The notes below the pieces were generated by a model that was given only the letters and a program-made list of their open reading frames with translations, was not told the origin of the DNA and did not search any database. 64,000 nucleotides of DNA, taken from positions 17,910-81,909 of the forward strand of contig JBGUGD010000014.1 of NCBI GenBank assembly GCA_041697335.1, given 5' to 3'. The DNA comes from Vampirovibrionaceae bacterium NZW_1234. GTDB taxonomy: Bacteria > Cyanobacteriota > Vampirovibrionia > Vampirovibrionales > JAGQHJ01. Shown here piece after piece: positions 9,370-18,446 of the stretch. The stretch's first letter is position 1, and each line of letters starts with the position of its first letter. Made by a program: the position numbers and the translations under genes.

Positions 9370-9864
9370 TTGGAACCTCTTTATTTCGTATTGATGTTTG
9401 TCACATTTGGATCTTTAGTAGAGGCACCGTTTGAAATGAAGACAGAGACCTACAACTGAAAAATCGCTAACTTTATTATGGATCTTTTTCAATCATTTTA
9501 CAATCCCCCACCCATTGGACCTCGAAATTTTCTTATCCGATCCCCCCTCAAGTGCGCTGTTGATGCGTACTTATTTTGTTACATTTTATTGCAACATTTA
9601 ATCACCAAACATATCTATTAGCCATCCACCTATTCAATAAGACTCCTATATTACTCTCCGCTGAGCAATACCAAATTCATCCTTATCTCCCGCAAGCGTT
9701 GAGCTTTTCATACTGTTTCACTATAAACAGACCCATCTTTGTTGAGCTTACCCAACTCAACACTCCTCAACCGTCCTACTGAACATTATAATCCCCTGGA
9801 GAATAAGCGTTTTTTGTTTCCAGGTCTATACTAAACGTGAATTATGATTCGGAGGGTTTATCAT

Positions 9865-10170
9865 ATGCCAGAAAAATTTCACCGTATTGGACCTGTAACC
9901 GTATTAGGGCTTGGTATTGTACTGCTCAGTGCCTGTACAAGCATGCCTCAGAAAACATCAGAAAACGAACCTGCAAACACCTCCCAAGTCGGGAGTGAGG
10001 CCACAGAAAAATATGCAGAAAAGCCCGTAAGCGTTGAGCGCAATAAAACAACAGATCCGTACACGGGAACTACCAATGAAGAAAATTCTGTAGAGCGCCG
10101 CCCTATCGCTGACGACCAGTCGGTCTTGGACAAGCAACTCGATCGAAAAGAAAAGCAAAGCAACCCATAA
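9865..10170 (+). CDS. Small putative lipoprotein
   Basis: MPEKFHRIGPVTVLGLGIVLLSAC has a hydrophobic h-region plus an LSAC lipobox. The downstream part is a charged low-complexity region. The start is taken at the second Met of track ORF 9844..10170. Confidence 0.45.
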   Translation: MPEKFHRIGPVTVLGLGIVLLSACTSMPQKTSENEPANTSQVGSEATEKYAEKPVSVERNKTTDPYTGTTNEENSVERRPIADDQSVLDKQLDRKEKQSNP

Positions 10171-10261
10171 CAGACAACCAAAGTACATTCACAATTTCTA
10201 ACCTCATCTAAGAGCCCTTTTACTCCATGTTCAGTATGTAGAAGATTAAGGAGGAAATCCC

Positions 10262-11026
10262 ATGGATTGGAATAACCCAAGTCGCAAAACCGTCTCCGGT
10301 ATTTTTAGCTCTGAAGCCAAAGTCCGATCTTTAATCGAAGATTTGGAAGACCGGGGTTATAGCAAGGATCAGATCAGCATGTTGATGTCCGACAAAACGC
10401 GTGATCGATTCCCCCAGCTTGAAAAGTCCTCAAAATTGCCTGAAGGAGCCGCAACAGGTGGATTATCGGGCGGATTGCTCGGCGCATTAATTGGTGGTCT
10501 GACAATGGCCGGAAGTGTCTTGGTTCCTGGAGCTGGACTTTTGATTGCCGGCCCTATCATTGGAGCATTAACAGGAGGAGCCATTGGGACAACAGCAGGA
10601 AGCCTCATTGGTGCCCTGATTGGGGCAGGCATTCCCGAACATGAAGCAAAACACTATGAAGACGCCCTCAAACAAGAAGGCAACGTGTTGCTCATTGCTC
10701 ATGTGGATAAAGATGAAGTCTCTGAAGTCAAAAGTCTTTTCAAAACATATGGCGCAAAAGAGCTGGATGTCAAACGCGAAGATCCGGATGCGCGGCGTGA
10801 AACGGCCGGGTATTCGAAAGAAGATGAACCCGATGTTCGGAGTGGTCGGCAGCACTCTGGTTTCTCATCTGGAGAACTGGGGACAGAAGGTCGCTCGAAT
10901 GTCCAACGTAAGTCGACTGAATATTATCGGGAAGACGAACCCTCGGTCCACCGAGAAACACGTCGGTACACTGAGGAAGATCCCAGTATTCATCGAGAAG
11001 GCTCCCGCTTCAAAACCGATCGATAA
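10262..11026 (+). CDS. General stress protein 17M / YflT-like protein with glycine-zipper membrane segment and C-terminal acidic repeats
   Basis: N-terminus VSGIFSSEAKVRSLIEDLEDRGYSKDQISMLMSDK fits the YflT/Gsp17M N-domain pattern. A G/A-rich GxxxG stretch follows (GGLLGALIGGLTMAGSVLVPGAGLLIAGPIIGALTGGAIG). The C-terminus carries repeats YSKEDEPDVR / YYREDEPSVHRE / YTEEDPSIHRE. Confidence 0.5.
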   Translation: MDWNNPSRKTVSGIFSSEAKVRSLIEDLEDRGYSKDQISMLMSDKTRDRFPQLEKSSKLPEGAATGGLSGGLLGALIGGLTMAGSVLVPGAGLLIAGPIIGALTGGAIGTTAGSLIGALIGAGIPEHEAKHYEDALKQEGNVLLIAHVDKDEVSEVKSLFKTYGAKELDVKREDPDARRETAGYSKEDEPDVRSGRQHSGFSSGELGTEGRSNVQRKSTEYYREDEPSVHRETRRYTEEDPSIHREGSRFKTDR

Positions 11027-11194
11027 TTGCGATTAAAGAACCCTCTACACCATCATCAGCCTCCGATTTCTATCGGAGGCTGACTTTTCTTTTGTCGTTC
11101 AACAAATTTGCCACACGTTTTCTTGCGGCTTGGATGAAAAATCGATTCAATCATTCCGTCTAAAACAATGCCATATCGGCTTTGATGAACACTG

Positions 11195-12574
11195 TCAGTC
11201 TAAGACTTTCTTATTTTTGGGAGAGACCAAACCTAAGAGTTGGTCATAAATACGTTGACTTAAGCCCTCTACTGCCGATTCAGGTGTTCCGGACTTAATT
11301 GTGTCTAAAACATTAATTGGCATCCCGATTGAAATACAAGCACGCCGAGGTATCTCTGTCATGAGCTTTTTTGCTGCTTGCGGATCATGAAGATTAACCA
11401 AAAGAAAGAGGGTTTCGGCAATTCGCTCCGGGGATGGCATCAAGCGAACATAGTTTGGATCATACTTGGCAATTGACAAGCAATCCTTAACTGCGGAAAG
11501 AAAGTTCATCAATTTCTTATGCTCAACAACGGAAGTTTCTGAACGATGCCACTTGGCATATATGGAACGCCTAACCATCGCACATCGTTCCAGTGGATCG
11601 TCTTTTCGGACGGCATCAACAGCAATGTTTAATGATTTCTCCAAGGGCTGTAGGGTTGCTTCAATACAAGCTCTTCTTAACTCCTGCAACGTAGCCGACT
11701 CTGGGAGCCGAATATTACTGCGAGCAAGTATTGCCTTTAAACTGGCACGAGCAACCCCCTCCAATTGCGTTAATTGCGAGACAGGTTCACCTGAGGCAGT
11801 AAAAACCCTTAATCTCTGGCACCATTGGTTTAGATGCCTATTAAGGACCTGAAAAGCATATGAAGGCGAATTAAACTTGAAGTTAATCCCCACAGGAAGA
11901 ATAACAACACGATGATCGGGCTTCTCCTTAATGAGTCTTTTCGCTGCTTTAAGACTCAATTGAGCAACCCCTGAACGAATCGGCAATACGGACTCGGCCT
12001 GAAAACTTTGCATCCCTTCCGGAAAAATAAGTACCGGCGCTTCGCCTTTTTCAATAGCCTGAATAATCGCCTTAATCGCCTTTAAGTCATTTGCATCCCG
12101 GTGAATAGGCACAAATCCCAACCAACTTAGACACTGCTGAATCAGCGGCCTAAAAAACTGCCCCCAGGCATTAAACATGGCCAAATTTCCAACAACCTGA
12201 ATGCGGCTGCTTGCCTGATTTAATACTGAAAACAGAGAAGCCACATCGCCAAAGCCCGGATGCGTGGGAGCAATAATTAAATGCGTTTTTGGGTCATTAA
12301 CAAGGCCCTTCAGCGTATCCAAGTTTGAATGAGACACATCGGTAATGTTATGAACCAAGCGTCGAAAAATATTGGTGTTCAACCCATGTTGCACTGCCCA
12401 ACCCATCAATATGCTTGGATAACTCTGGTAATCCTGAGCTGGAGATTCTGTAATTGGATCAGGCAAAAAATTACCATTCCCAAAGCGTAGACTTGGCTTT
12501 AAAACAATTGCATTCTGGCCCGAATGACCGGAGTTTCTATAAAACACGGAGATCATAGGTATGCACCATATCAA
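11195..12574 (-). CDS. Lysophospholipid/glycerol-phosphate acyltransferase family protein (PlsC-like HX4D) with long C-terminal extension
   Basis: Motif I APTHPGFGD (H-x4-D) and motif III LIFPEG (FPEG). 459 aa. Its start codon overlaps the upstream sulfotransferase stop by 4 bp. Confidence 0.6.
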   Translation of the reverse strand: MIWCIPMISVFYRNSGHSGQNAIVLKPSLRFGNGNFLPDPITESPAQDYQSYPSILMGWAVQHGLNTNIFRRLVHNITDVSHSNLDTLKGLVNDPKTHLIIAPTHPGFGDVASLFSVLNQASSRIQVVGNLAMFNAWGQFFRPLIQQCLSWLGFVPIHRDANDLKAIKAIIQAIEKGEAPVLIFPEGMQSFQAESVLPIRSGVAQLSLKAAKRLIKEKPDHRVVILPVGINFKFNSPSYAFQVLNRHLNQWCQRLRVFTASGEPVSQLTQLEGVARASLKAILARSNIRLPESATLQELRRACIEATLQPLEKSLNIAVDAVRKDDPLERCAMVRRSIYAKWHRSETSVVEHKKLMNFLSAVKDCLSIAKYDPNYVRLMPSPERIAETLFLLVNLHDPQAAKKLMTEIPRRACISIGMPINVLDTIKSGTPESAVEGLSQRIYDQLLGLVSPKNKKVLD

Positions 12575-13500
12575 GTTTGCTTTTCAGCTGTATCCTCCGC
12601 AAGCGGAAAGTCAGCTTCAGCCTGACGAGCCATCTCTTCGTAGATTGGCATCAGTTCAGCTTGAATCTCACTGGCTTCGGCAGCAGAATAATGAGGACGT
12701 TGATTACCCATTAACGTGTGAATTCCCGATGATGACGCTATGGTCCTGTGATTTCCCACCAATTCACTATCTTGAACTTCCTGAGGATGAACCCAAAGAT
12801 TCGGGTTTTTCAGAAACGGCCGCTTCCAATCCAACATTGACTCTTCGAATGGCAGCCCCATTCTCTCACAGAGCTTTTGGGTAATAGCCCTAGGATAAGT
12901 CTGAAGACGCTCCAGGGTTAATACGGCTGTTTTCGAGTTAAGTTCCTTACATTTCTTAACCATAGCAGCAGTATGGCGATAGGCGGCTTTAAAAAGCGCC
13001 AAATTACCGTTGGCAAAGTTGAATCGTTTCCAGGAATCCCATGTCTTCAACGGATCTCGAAAAATAAACAAAGGGTTGTCCTTCTTAACAGCGTCATCAT
13101 TCGGAAATACGGGCATTTGACATTCTTCTGCATTTCGATGCCCAATGGCTTCTTTCACAACCACCACGGAATCTTCTGCTAAATTGGCTAGAAAAGGGTG
13201 AGAAGGCTGTGTGCCATAAACCTGGTCATAATCCAATTCTCCGGTAGCTCGCCACTTGCTTTTAATTGGTTGAAACAGGGCTTTTACCTGGGAATGATTT
13301 CCCAAGACATTCAAGAGTAATGTTGTGCCACTACGACACGGACCAATCACCGTCTGTACTTGTACCATAGCGTCTGTCTCACTTCTGTTATCTGGAGGGG
13401 AATTATTGTTTGTGTGACTTACGTTTTTCTGAGCATCAGGCTTCAATGGGCTTTCAACAAGGAGTTTAGAGCGAAGCGAGATTTCCTGTAAACTCGCCAA
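12571..13500 (-). CDS. Sulfotransferase family protein
   Basis: PAPS 5'-phosphosulfate-binding loop-like VIGPCRSGTTLLLNVLG. Its size and layout resemble small bacterial sulfotransferases of the Stf0 kind. The real start may be the internal Met just before this loop (MVQVQTVIGPCRSGTT). Confidence 0.55.
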   Translation of the reverse strand: MASLQEISLRSKLLVESPLKPDAQKNVSHTNNNSPPDNRSETDAMVQVQTVIGPCRSGTTLLLNVLGNHSQVKALFQPIKSKWRATGELDYDQVYGTQPSHPFLANLAEDSVVVVKEAIGHRNAEECQMPVFPNDDAVKKDNPLFIFRDPLKTWDSWKRFNFANGNLALFKAAYRHTAAMVKKCKELNSKTAVLTLERLQTYPRAITQKLCERMGLPFEESMLDWKRPFLKNPNLWVHPQEVQDSELVGNHRTIASSSGIHTLMGNQRPHYSAAEASEIQAELMPIYEEMARQAEADFPLAEDTAEKQT

Positions 13501-13642
13501 GGTATATCAGGGGTACTCCCGCCCACATGAAAACAACTCACAAAATTTTTGTGATACGCCATGCATTTTTCTTCCTGAATTGTCGAAGGGCTTGGCCCGA
13601 GAGGAGCGGGACATGTTATGATGATGCTCAGAGGCAGTCGGG

Positions 13643-14944
13643 TTGAGTCAAACGGGAGTCACCGTGAATATCATTTTCTTCTTATTGGTTACTATTGCCT
13701 TCTTGGTTGCAGCGTTTCATCAACTGTCATCTGGAATGACGGTCACCCCAAGCCCGATGGATGCAATGACCCAGGCTATTGTGGAAGCTGCAGGAACGGC
13801 TGTAGAGCTGGCCATCAGTTTGATTGGCATTACAGCCTTATTTTTAGGCTTGATGAAAATTGTAGAGGAAGCCGGCCTTCTCACCATTATTGCCCGCATC
13901 GTAAAACCTATCACTATTCGTCTGTTTCCCGATATCCCGGCAGAGCACCCGGCCATGGGGGCCATGATTATGAATCTGTCAGCAAACTTCCTCGGGCTTG
14001 GCAATGCCGCTACACCGTTCGGTATCAAGGCAATGGAAGAACTTAACAAGCTCAATCCGGTTAAAGGCACTGCAACCAATGCCATGGTCTTGTTTCTCGC
14101 TCTGAACACATCCTGTATTACCCTATTGCCAACAACTGTTATTGCCCTGCGAGCCGAAACTGGCTCTCAAAACCCTGCAGGCATTGTGGTCACCACTATT
14201 TTTGCCACTGTGGTTGCAACCATCTGCTCCATTACCGCCAGCAAGTTTCTGCAACGGTTTTGGCCCGGCGGCGAATCCAGATTGTCAGAAAATACAGACG
14301 CTGCTGCTGAAACCAGTGCTCAGAACGTTTCGGTTAAAGCATACCCACTATGGGTTTCCGCTCTTGCCTTTTTAGGGATTATTGCAACAATCCCCCTCAT
14401 GCTCTTGTACGGCAAGCTGATTACCCCTTGGATTATTCCTGCCTTAATCGTAGCCATGCTGGGATTTGGTCTGGCTCGCAAAGTCCCTGTCTATGAGACA
14501 TTCATTACCGGCGCCAAGGAAGGCTTTGATATTGCGATTCGTATTATGCCCTATTTGATTGGGATTCTGGTGGCTATTGGCATGTTTCGAAAAAGCGGCG
14601 CCATGGACACGCTAATTGCGCCCTTAGGACACTTTACAGCGCCATTGGGTCTGCCGGCAGAAGGCCTCACCATGGCCTTTTTACGGACGCTTTCCGGCTC
14701 AGGCTCCTTTGGACTTCTGGCTGACTTTCTTAAAAACCCAGCGATTGGCCCTGACAGTTACACCGGTTATTTGACCAGCACAATGTATGGTTCTTCTGAA
14801 ACCACATTTTATGTTCTTGCCGTCTATTTCGGGGCAGTTCAGATTCAGCGCATTCGCCATGCACTGGTCATTGGCCTATTAGCGGACGTTGCCGCCACCA
14901 TTGCCGCCATTGTGATCTGTACTTTTCTCTACGGTCGAAGCTAA
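13643..14944 (+). CDS. Nucleoside-recognition (Gate) domain membrane protein, SpmA/SpmB-like fusion
   Basis: 433-aa polytopic membrane protein with duplicated halves. The sequence style (...GLGNAATPFGIKAMEELNK...., ...GSGSFGLLADF...) is typical of the YjiH/SpmA/SpmB nucleoside-transporter-like family. Confidence 0.6.
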   Translation: MSQTGVTVNIIFFLLVTIAFLVAAFHQLSSGMTVTPSPMDAMTQAIVEAAGTAVELAISLIGITALFLGLMKIVEEAGLLTIIARIVKPITIRLFPDIPAEHPAMGAMIMNLSANFLGLGNAATPFGIKAMEELNKLNPVKGTATNAMVLFLALNTSCITLLPTTVIALRAETGSQNPAGIVVTTIFATVVATICSITASKFLQRFWPGGESRLSENTDAAAETSAQNVSVKAYPLWVSALAFLGIIATIPLMLLYGKLITPWIIPALIVAMLGFGLARKVPVYETFITGAKEGFDIAIRIMPYLIGILVAIGMFRKSGAMDTLIAPLGHFTAPLGLPAEGLTMAFLRTLSGSGSFGLLADFLKNPAIGPDSYTGYLTSTMYGSSETTFYVLAVYFGAVQIQRIRHALVIGLLADVAATIAAIVICTFLYGRS

Positions 14945-15148
14945 TAATACTGGCATTACCGATACACTATTGAAACCAGCTCCAAATTGTAACAATTCTG
15001 AAACAAACTAGCATCAACTTGGATTGATGACTTTTAGTGCGGGAAATTCAGCTCGACTGAGTTGGATGATTTATTGAGAGCTAGCCTGATCGTACACAGA
15101 GCTAAGAACAGTTGCAGCTTAACAAATTGCAGAAAGTGAAGCGGGATT

Positions 15149-16363
15149 ATGAAGGTACATTCGGTTTCGGGAGTGACACCCTTATTTGGAGCCCATTCCT
15201 TACAAGCCTCCAAGTCTGCGGAGGAGATAAACGGTAAGGCCTCCATCCATCATCAAAACCCTACTTCTTCTGGGAAGGTAGTCTCTATTCGTTTTGGCAG
15301 TAGCGGTTATCCGGCAAATACGTTGAAGCTTATGACCTACAACGTGGATGGCGCAGGCTCGCCAGAAGCTTGCAAATGGTTTGGCTACGGCAAGTCCAAT
15401 AACTTTAAATTGGAAAAACTGGCCGAAATCATCAAGGACAAGTCTCCCCATGACCTACCCGATGTGATTGCCTTGCAAGAAGTCATTATCAAAAAAGCAC
15501 TGAAAAACTATGGGGGCTCTGAGCCCTTGATTCCACGGAAATATGACCAGACAGGTTTTGACGCATGGTTAACTCAGGAGGATGGCCCGGAATGGATTGA
15601 AAACTGGGTTAAAAAGCATCTGGGCGATGCTTATGGGGTTATCTGCTCGGAAGGAACCAATGATCCCTCCGGAAAAGCATTGGCCATCTTGTACAAAAAG
15701 GATATGATCCCCGTGGCTAAAAAATCACATTATGGCCTCAAGAACCAATTCAGCGACAATATTTTCACCCGAGACTTGCAGGAAGTGCATTTTCAGATCC
15801 GCAGTCAGCGGGACCCCAGTAAGGTTGAGAATCTGGTTGTCCTAAACTCCCATTTCTATGCGAACTTAAAACATAATCGTTATGGAGAACAACGCCAAAA
15901 GCGGGAATATTTGCAAACGGCAGATATTATCCAAGAGATCCTCAAGGCCGATCCGAATACCCACATTGCGGCGATGGGTGATTTTAACCTGCCAACCGAT
16001 CACCGACAGCGCAAAGATCTCTTGAACATCCTGACCGATGACGGCAATGCCATGGTTGACAGTTTTATGAAACACCACATGGCTGTTCCAACCTGCCGGT
16101 CCAAAATGGAGGGCTCAACCTTCCGCTCGGATTGTATTCTGCTGACACCCACGTTGGATGCCAACGTACAAGATTTAGGAGTCATCGGCAACTTTGACAC
16201 TGAGGACAAATACCAAAAATCGTCTCCACACTTGCCGGTCTTTGTCGCCACAAACACGTCTATACCCCGGAACGAGTGGCTCCAATTCAAGCGGGTCACC
16301 CCTGCCGCTGCAACAACGAACAAGGCCACTCCCATTGGGAAAAAGCTTGTCGTTAATGGATAA
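15149..16363 (+). CDS. Endonuclease/exonuclease/phosphatase (EEP) family protein
   Basis: EEP signature blocks: LKLMTYNV (N-terminal Mg-binding Asn/Glu region), DVIALQEV, MGDFNLPTDH, and a C-terminal SDC/H motif region. No signal peptide. Confidence 0.6.
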   Translation: MKVHSVSGVTPLFGAHSLQASKSAEEINGKASIHHQNPTSSGKVVSIRFGSSGYPANTLKLMTYNVDGAGSPEACKWFGYGKSNNFKLEKLAEIIKDKSPHDLPDVIALQEVIIKKALKNYGGSEPLIPRKYDQTGFDAWLTQEDGPEWIENWVKKHLGDAYGVICSEGTNDPSGKALAILYKKDMIPVAKKSHYGLKNQFSDNIFTRDLQEVHFQIRSQRDPSKVENLVVLNSHFYANLKHNRYGEQRQKREYLQTADIIQEILKADPNTHIAAMGDFNLPTDHRQRKDLLNILTDDGNAMVDSFMKHHMAVPTCRSKMEGSTFRSDCILLTPTLDANVQDLGVIGNFDTEDKYQKSSPHLPVFVATNTSIPRNEWLQFKRVTPAAATTNKATPIGKKLVVNG

Positions 16364-16550
16364 AACATCCAGGCCCTGCACTATGAGGCTATTTCTTCTT
16401 TAACCTGATCATCCCGCGATCAGAGCTTTCACTTTAGCTTCAGATCTTGATTTTTTTCAAAATCGCCTTTGTGGTTTAGTGGTCACATACCGTCCTATCG
16501 GTTCTGTATGGAAGTGATCTAGTCGTTAGACGTGAGGAGAAAATAAGCCC

Positions 16551-17333
16551 ATGAATTTAGTGAGTTTGCGTCCTGCAATTTCGCCGCAGGCCAAGAAGCC
16601 CATCCTTAACTCCAGCCAGTCTCGGTTTTCAGGTCAAAAGCCCTCTGTCCTCACCGTGCAAGGTGTTGGAACCGTTTATAAAGTGCCTGATACTGTAAGT
16701 GTGACAATGCAAATCCACGATCAGGCCAAGACTCGACGCGAAGTGGCTTCATCCCTGGATGACCGCTCTCGGCGAATGATTGAAATGATTAAAGATATTA
16801 GTCCCAACTTACGGATTAAAACCGATACCCACATCGGACAGCATCATGAATACAACCACCAAACCCATAAAAACGAAAAAGTCGGTTACGCAGGTCGTTA
16901 TATTGTTACCGTGACAGAGCAAGGTGACAATCTGGACGAATTAAAAAAACATGCCTCCCGAATCTCCGAGATTGCCGATGAAACCGAAGCCAATTTTAAT
17001 GGGCCACAATTTGCATACAGCAAAACCCAGCAGGCTGTTTTAGAAGCTATTCCTGAAGCGGTTAAAAACCTTAAAGAAACTGCATTGACGCTCGCCAAAG
17101 CCCTCAATGTCAAACTTGCTAAAAAACCGGTGTCTGTCTCAACAGGTGGAGAGACACCCTCGGTTGCTCATGCCCAGCTTGAAACAGTTGCTCTTGCAGG
17201 CGCTGCCCGTCAGGCGGATGCCCCCGTCGGTGTGAGTCCAGAAACCATGCAAAGTGGCCTGATCCCCATCCAATCTCCAACCGTCCAGGCCGTGTTTCGG
17301 ATTTTGCCCAAACAAGCTGACTCCTTAAAGTAG
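16551..17333 (+). CDS. SIMPL-domain (DUF541/BP26-like) protein
   Basis: LTVQGVGTVYKVPDTVSVTMQI matches the characteristic SIMPL start block (v.G.G.v...PD.a.v). Size is about 26 kDa. Confidence 0.6.
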   Translation: MNLVSLRPAISPQAKKPILNSSQSRFSGQKPSVLTVQGVGTVYKVPDTVSVTMQIHDQAKTRREVASSLDDRSRRMIEMIKDISPNLRIKTDTHIGQHHEYNHQTHKNEKVGYAGRYIVTVTEQGDNLDELKKHASRISEIADETEANFNGPQFAYSKTQQAVLEAIPEAVKNLKETALTLAKALNVKLAKKPVSVSTGGETPSVAHAQLETVALAGAARQADAPVGVSPETMQSGLIPIQSPTVQAVFRILPKQADSLK

Positions 17334-17356
17334 ACGACTTAAAAATTCTCACTTTT

Positions 17357-17394
17357 AAGCAGCCGTCGGAGATGCTCCGGCGGCTGCTTTTTGT
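17357..17394 (+). terminator. Rho-independent terminator (hairpin plus T-run) between convergent genes
   Basis: aagcagccgtcggag-atg-ctccggcggctgctt is followed by tttgt, immediately after the SIMPL stop (17333). The RRM gene converges from the other side at 17422. Confidence 0.6.
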
Positions 17395-17421
17395 AATTCA
17401 TAAGTAAGATAAATACACTCG

Positions 17422-17751
17422 CTAATAGCGATTTCGAGGAGCAAATCCACCGCGGCTCTGACCACCGGAGCGACCATAGCCCCCTCCGGCATTGGCCGGT
17501 TTCGGCTCAGCAAATTTGACAACAATATTTCGACCCTTGAGCTCCCATTCATTAAGAGCATCAACGGCGGATTGAGCTTGTGTATTATCCGCCATGGCAA
17601 TAAAGGCAAAGCCCCGTTTCCGCCCCGTCATTTTATCAACGGGAATGCGAACGGAAACCACCTCCCCATATTGTGCAAACAAATCTCCTAGCTCATTTTC
17701 AGTGACAGACCAATCCAACTGAGCCACAAACAGTTCATTTTGCATGTTCAT
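17422..17751 (-). CDS. RRM-type RNA-binding protein with Gly-rich C-terminus (Rbp-like)
   Basis: RNP2 LFVAQL, RNP1 KRGFAFIAM, and C-terminal ANAGGGYGRSGGQSRGGF. The start is likely the internal Met (MQNELFVAQL). Confidence 0.85.
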   Translation of the reverse strand: MNMQNELFVAQLDWSVTENELGDLFAQYGEVVSVRIPVDKMTGRKRGFAFIAMADNTQAQSAVDALNEWELKGRNIVVKFAEPKPANAGGGYGRSGGQSRGGFAPRNRY

Positions 17752-17850
17752 TATCCTCTTGCATTCAATAACACATTAAAAAACCGAATTTACTGATAAA
17801 AATTCAATGGATACGGAGCCTCCTCTCGCTGTCTATCGTGAGTGCAACGA

Positions 17851-18180
17851 TTATGCCGTTGCTCCTTCTTCCGGCCCAGCCCAATCCGACGAACGAGACA
17901 TGTCCGCTTCGAAATGACAGTCGATAGTCAGCTCTCTGGGTAAAGGTAAAACCAAGGCAACGGTTAGTACATCCGAAAAATGAAATTGCCAGAGCATCCC
18001 GTTGCAACACCCATTGTGGAACAACGTAAACGTATCTTGTTCAATACTACGTACCGTGCCCCGAAAGACATCCTGAATCCCTCGGATGTAGACAACAATA
18101 TCGCTACCAGCATCATATGCCGATTGAATCATGGTTTTCATAGGCCTCAAAGCTCCTTTTTCATGGAATGTGGTTATCAT
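17851..18180 (-). CDS. Hypothetical protein
   Basis: 109-aa ORF with no motifs I recognise. It may be spurious. Confidence 0.2.
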   Translation of the reverse strand: MITTFHEKGALRPMKTMIQSAYDAGSDIVVYIRGIQDVFRGTVRSIEQDTFTLFHNGCCNGMLWQFHFSDVLTVALVLPLPRELTIDCHFEADMSRSSDWAGPEEGATA

Positions 18181-18446
18181 TGTGACGCATGTTTTGCATT
18201 ATTGCAACATTGTTGCATTAATACAATTTAATCGTATGATAGTGCTGTTCCGCAAACAGAATCGCTTGGAGATACTCCGATGAGACAACCTGTTGAAGCT
18301 GTTCTCACAGCACTTTTAGGGTTAAACCCGATTGAAACACCCAGCACCTGTCATCGCTGGACCAGGGGTTTTTATGACTTGCCTATTGTCCGACCGTATC
18401 GGACTTGGATACACTAAAGACGCTTTAGGACATTGGGAGCCTATCC

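Noticed and set aside
16440-16520. tRNA-like fragment (gcctttgtggtttagtggtcacatac...)
   Set aside because: No cloverleaf could be built, there is no T-loop GTTCRA motif, and the D-stem has no complement.
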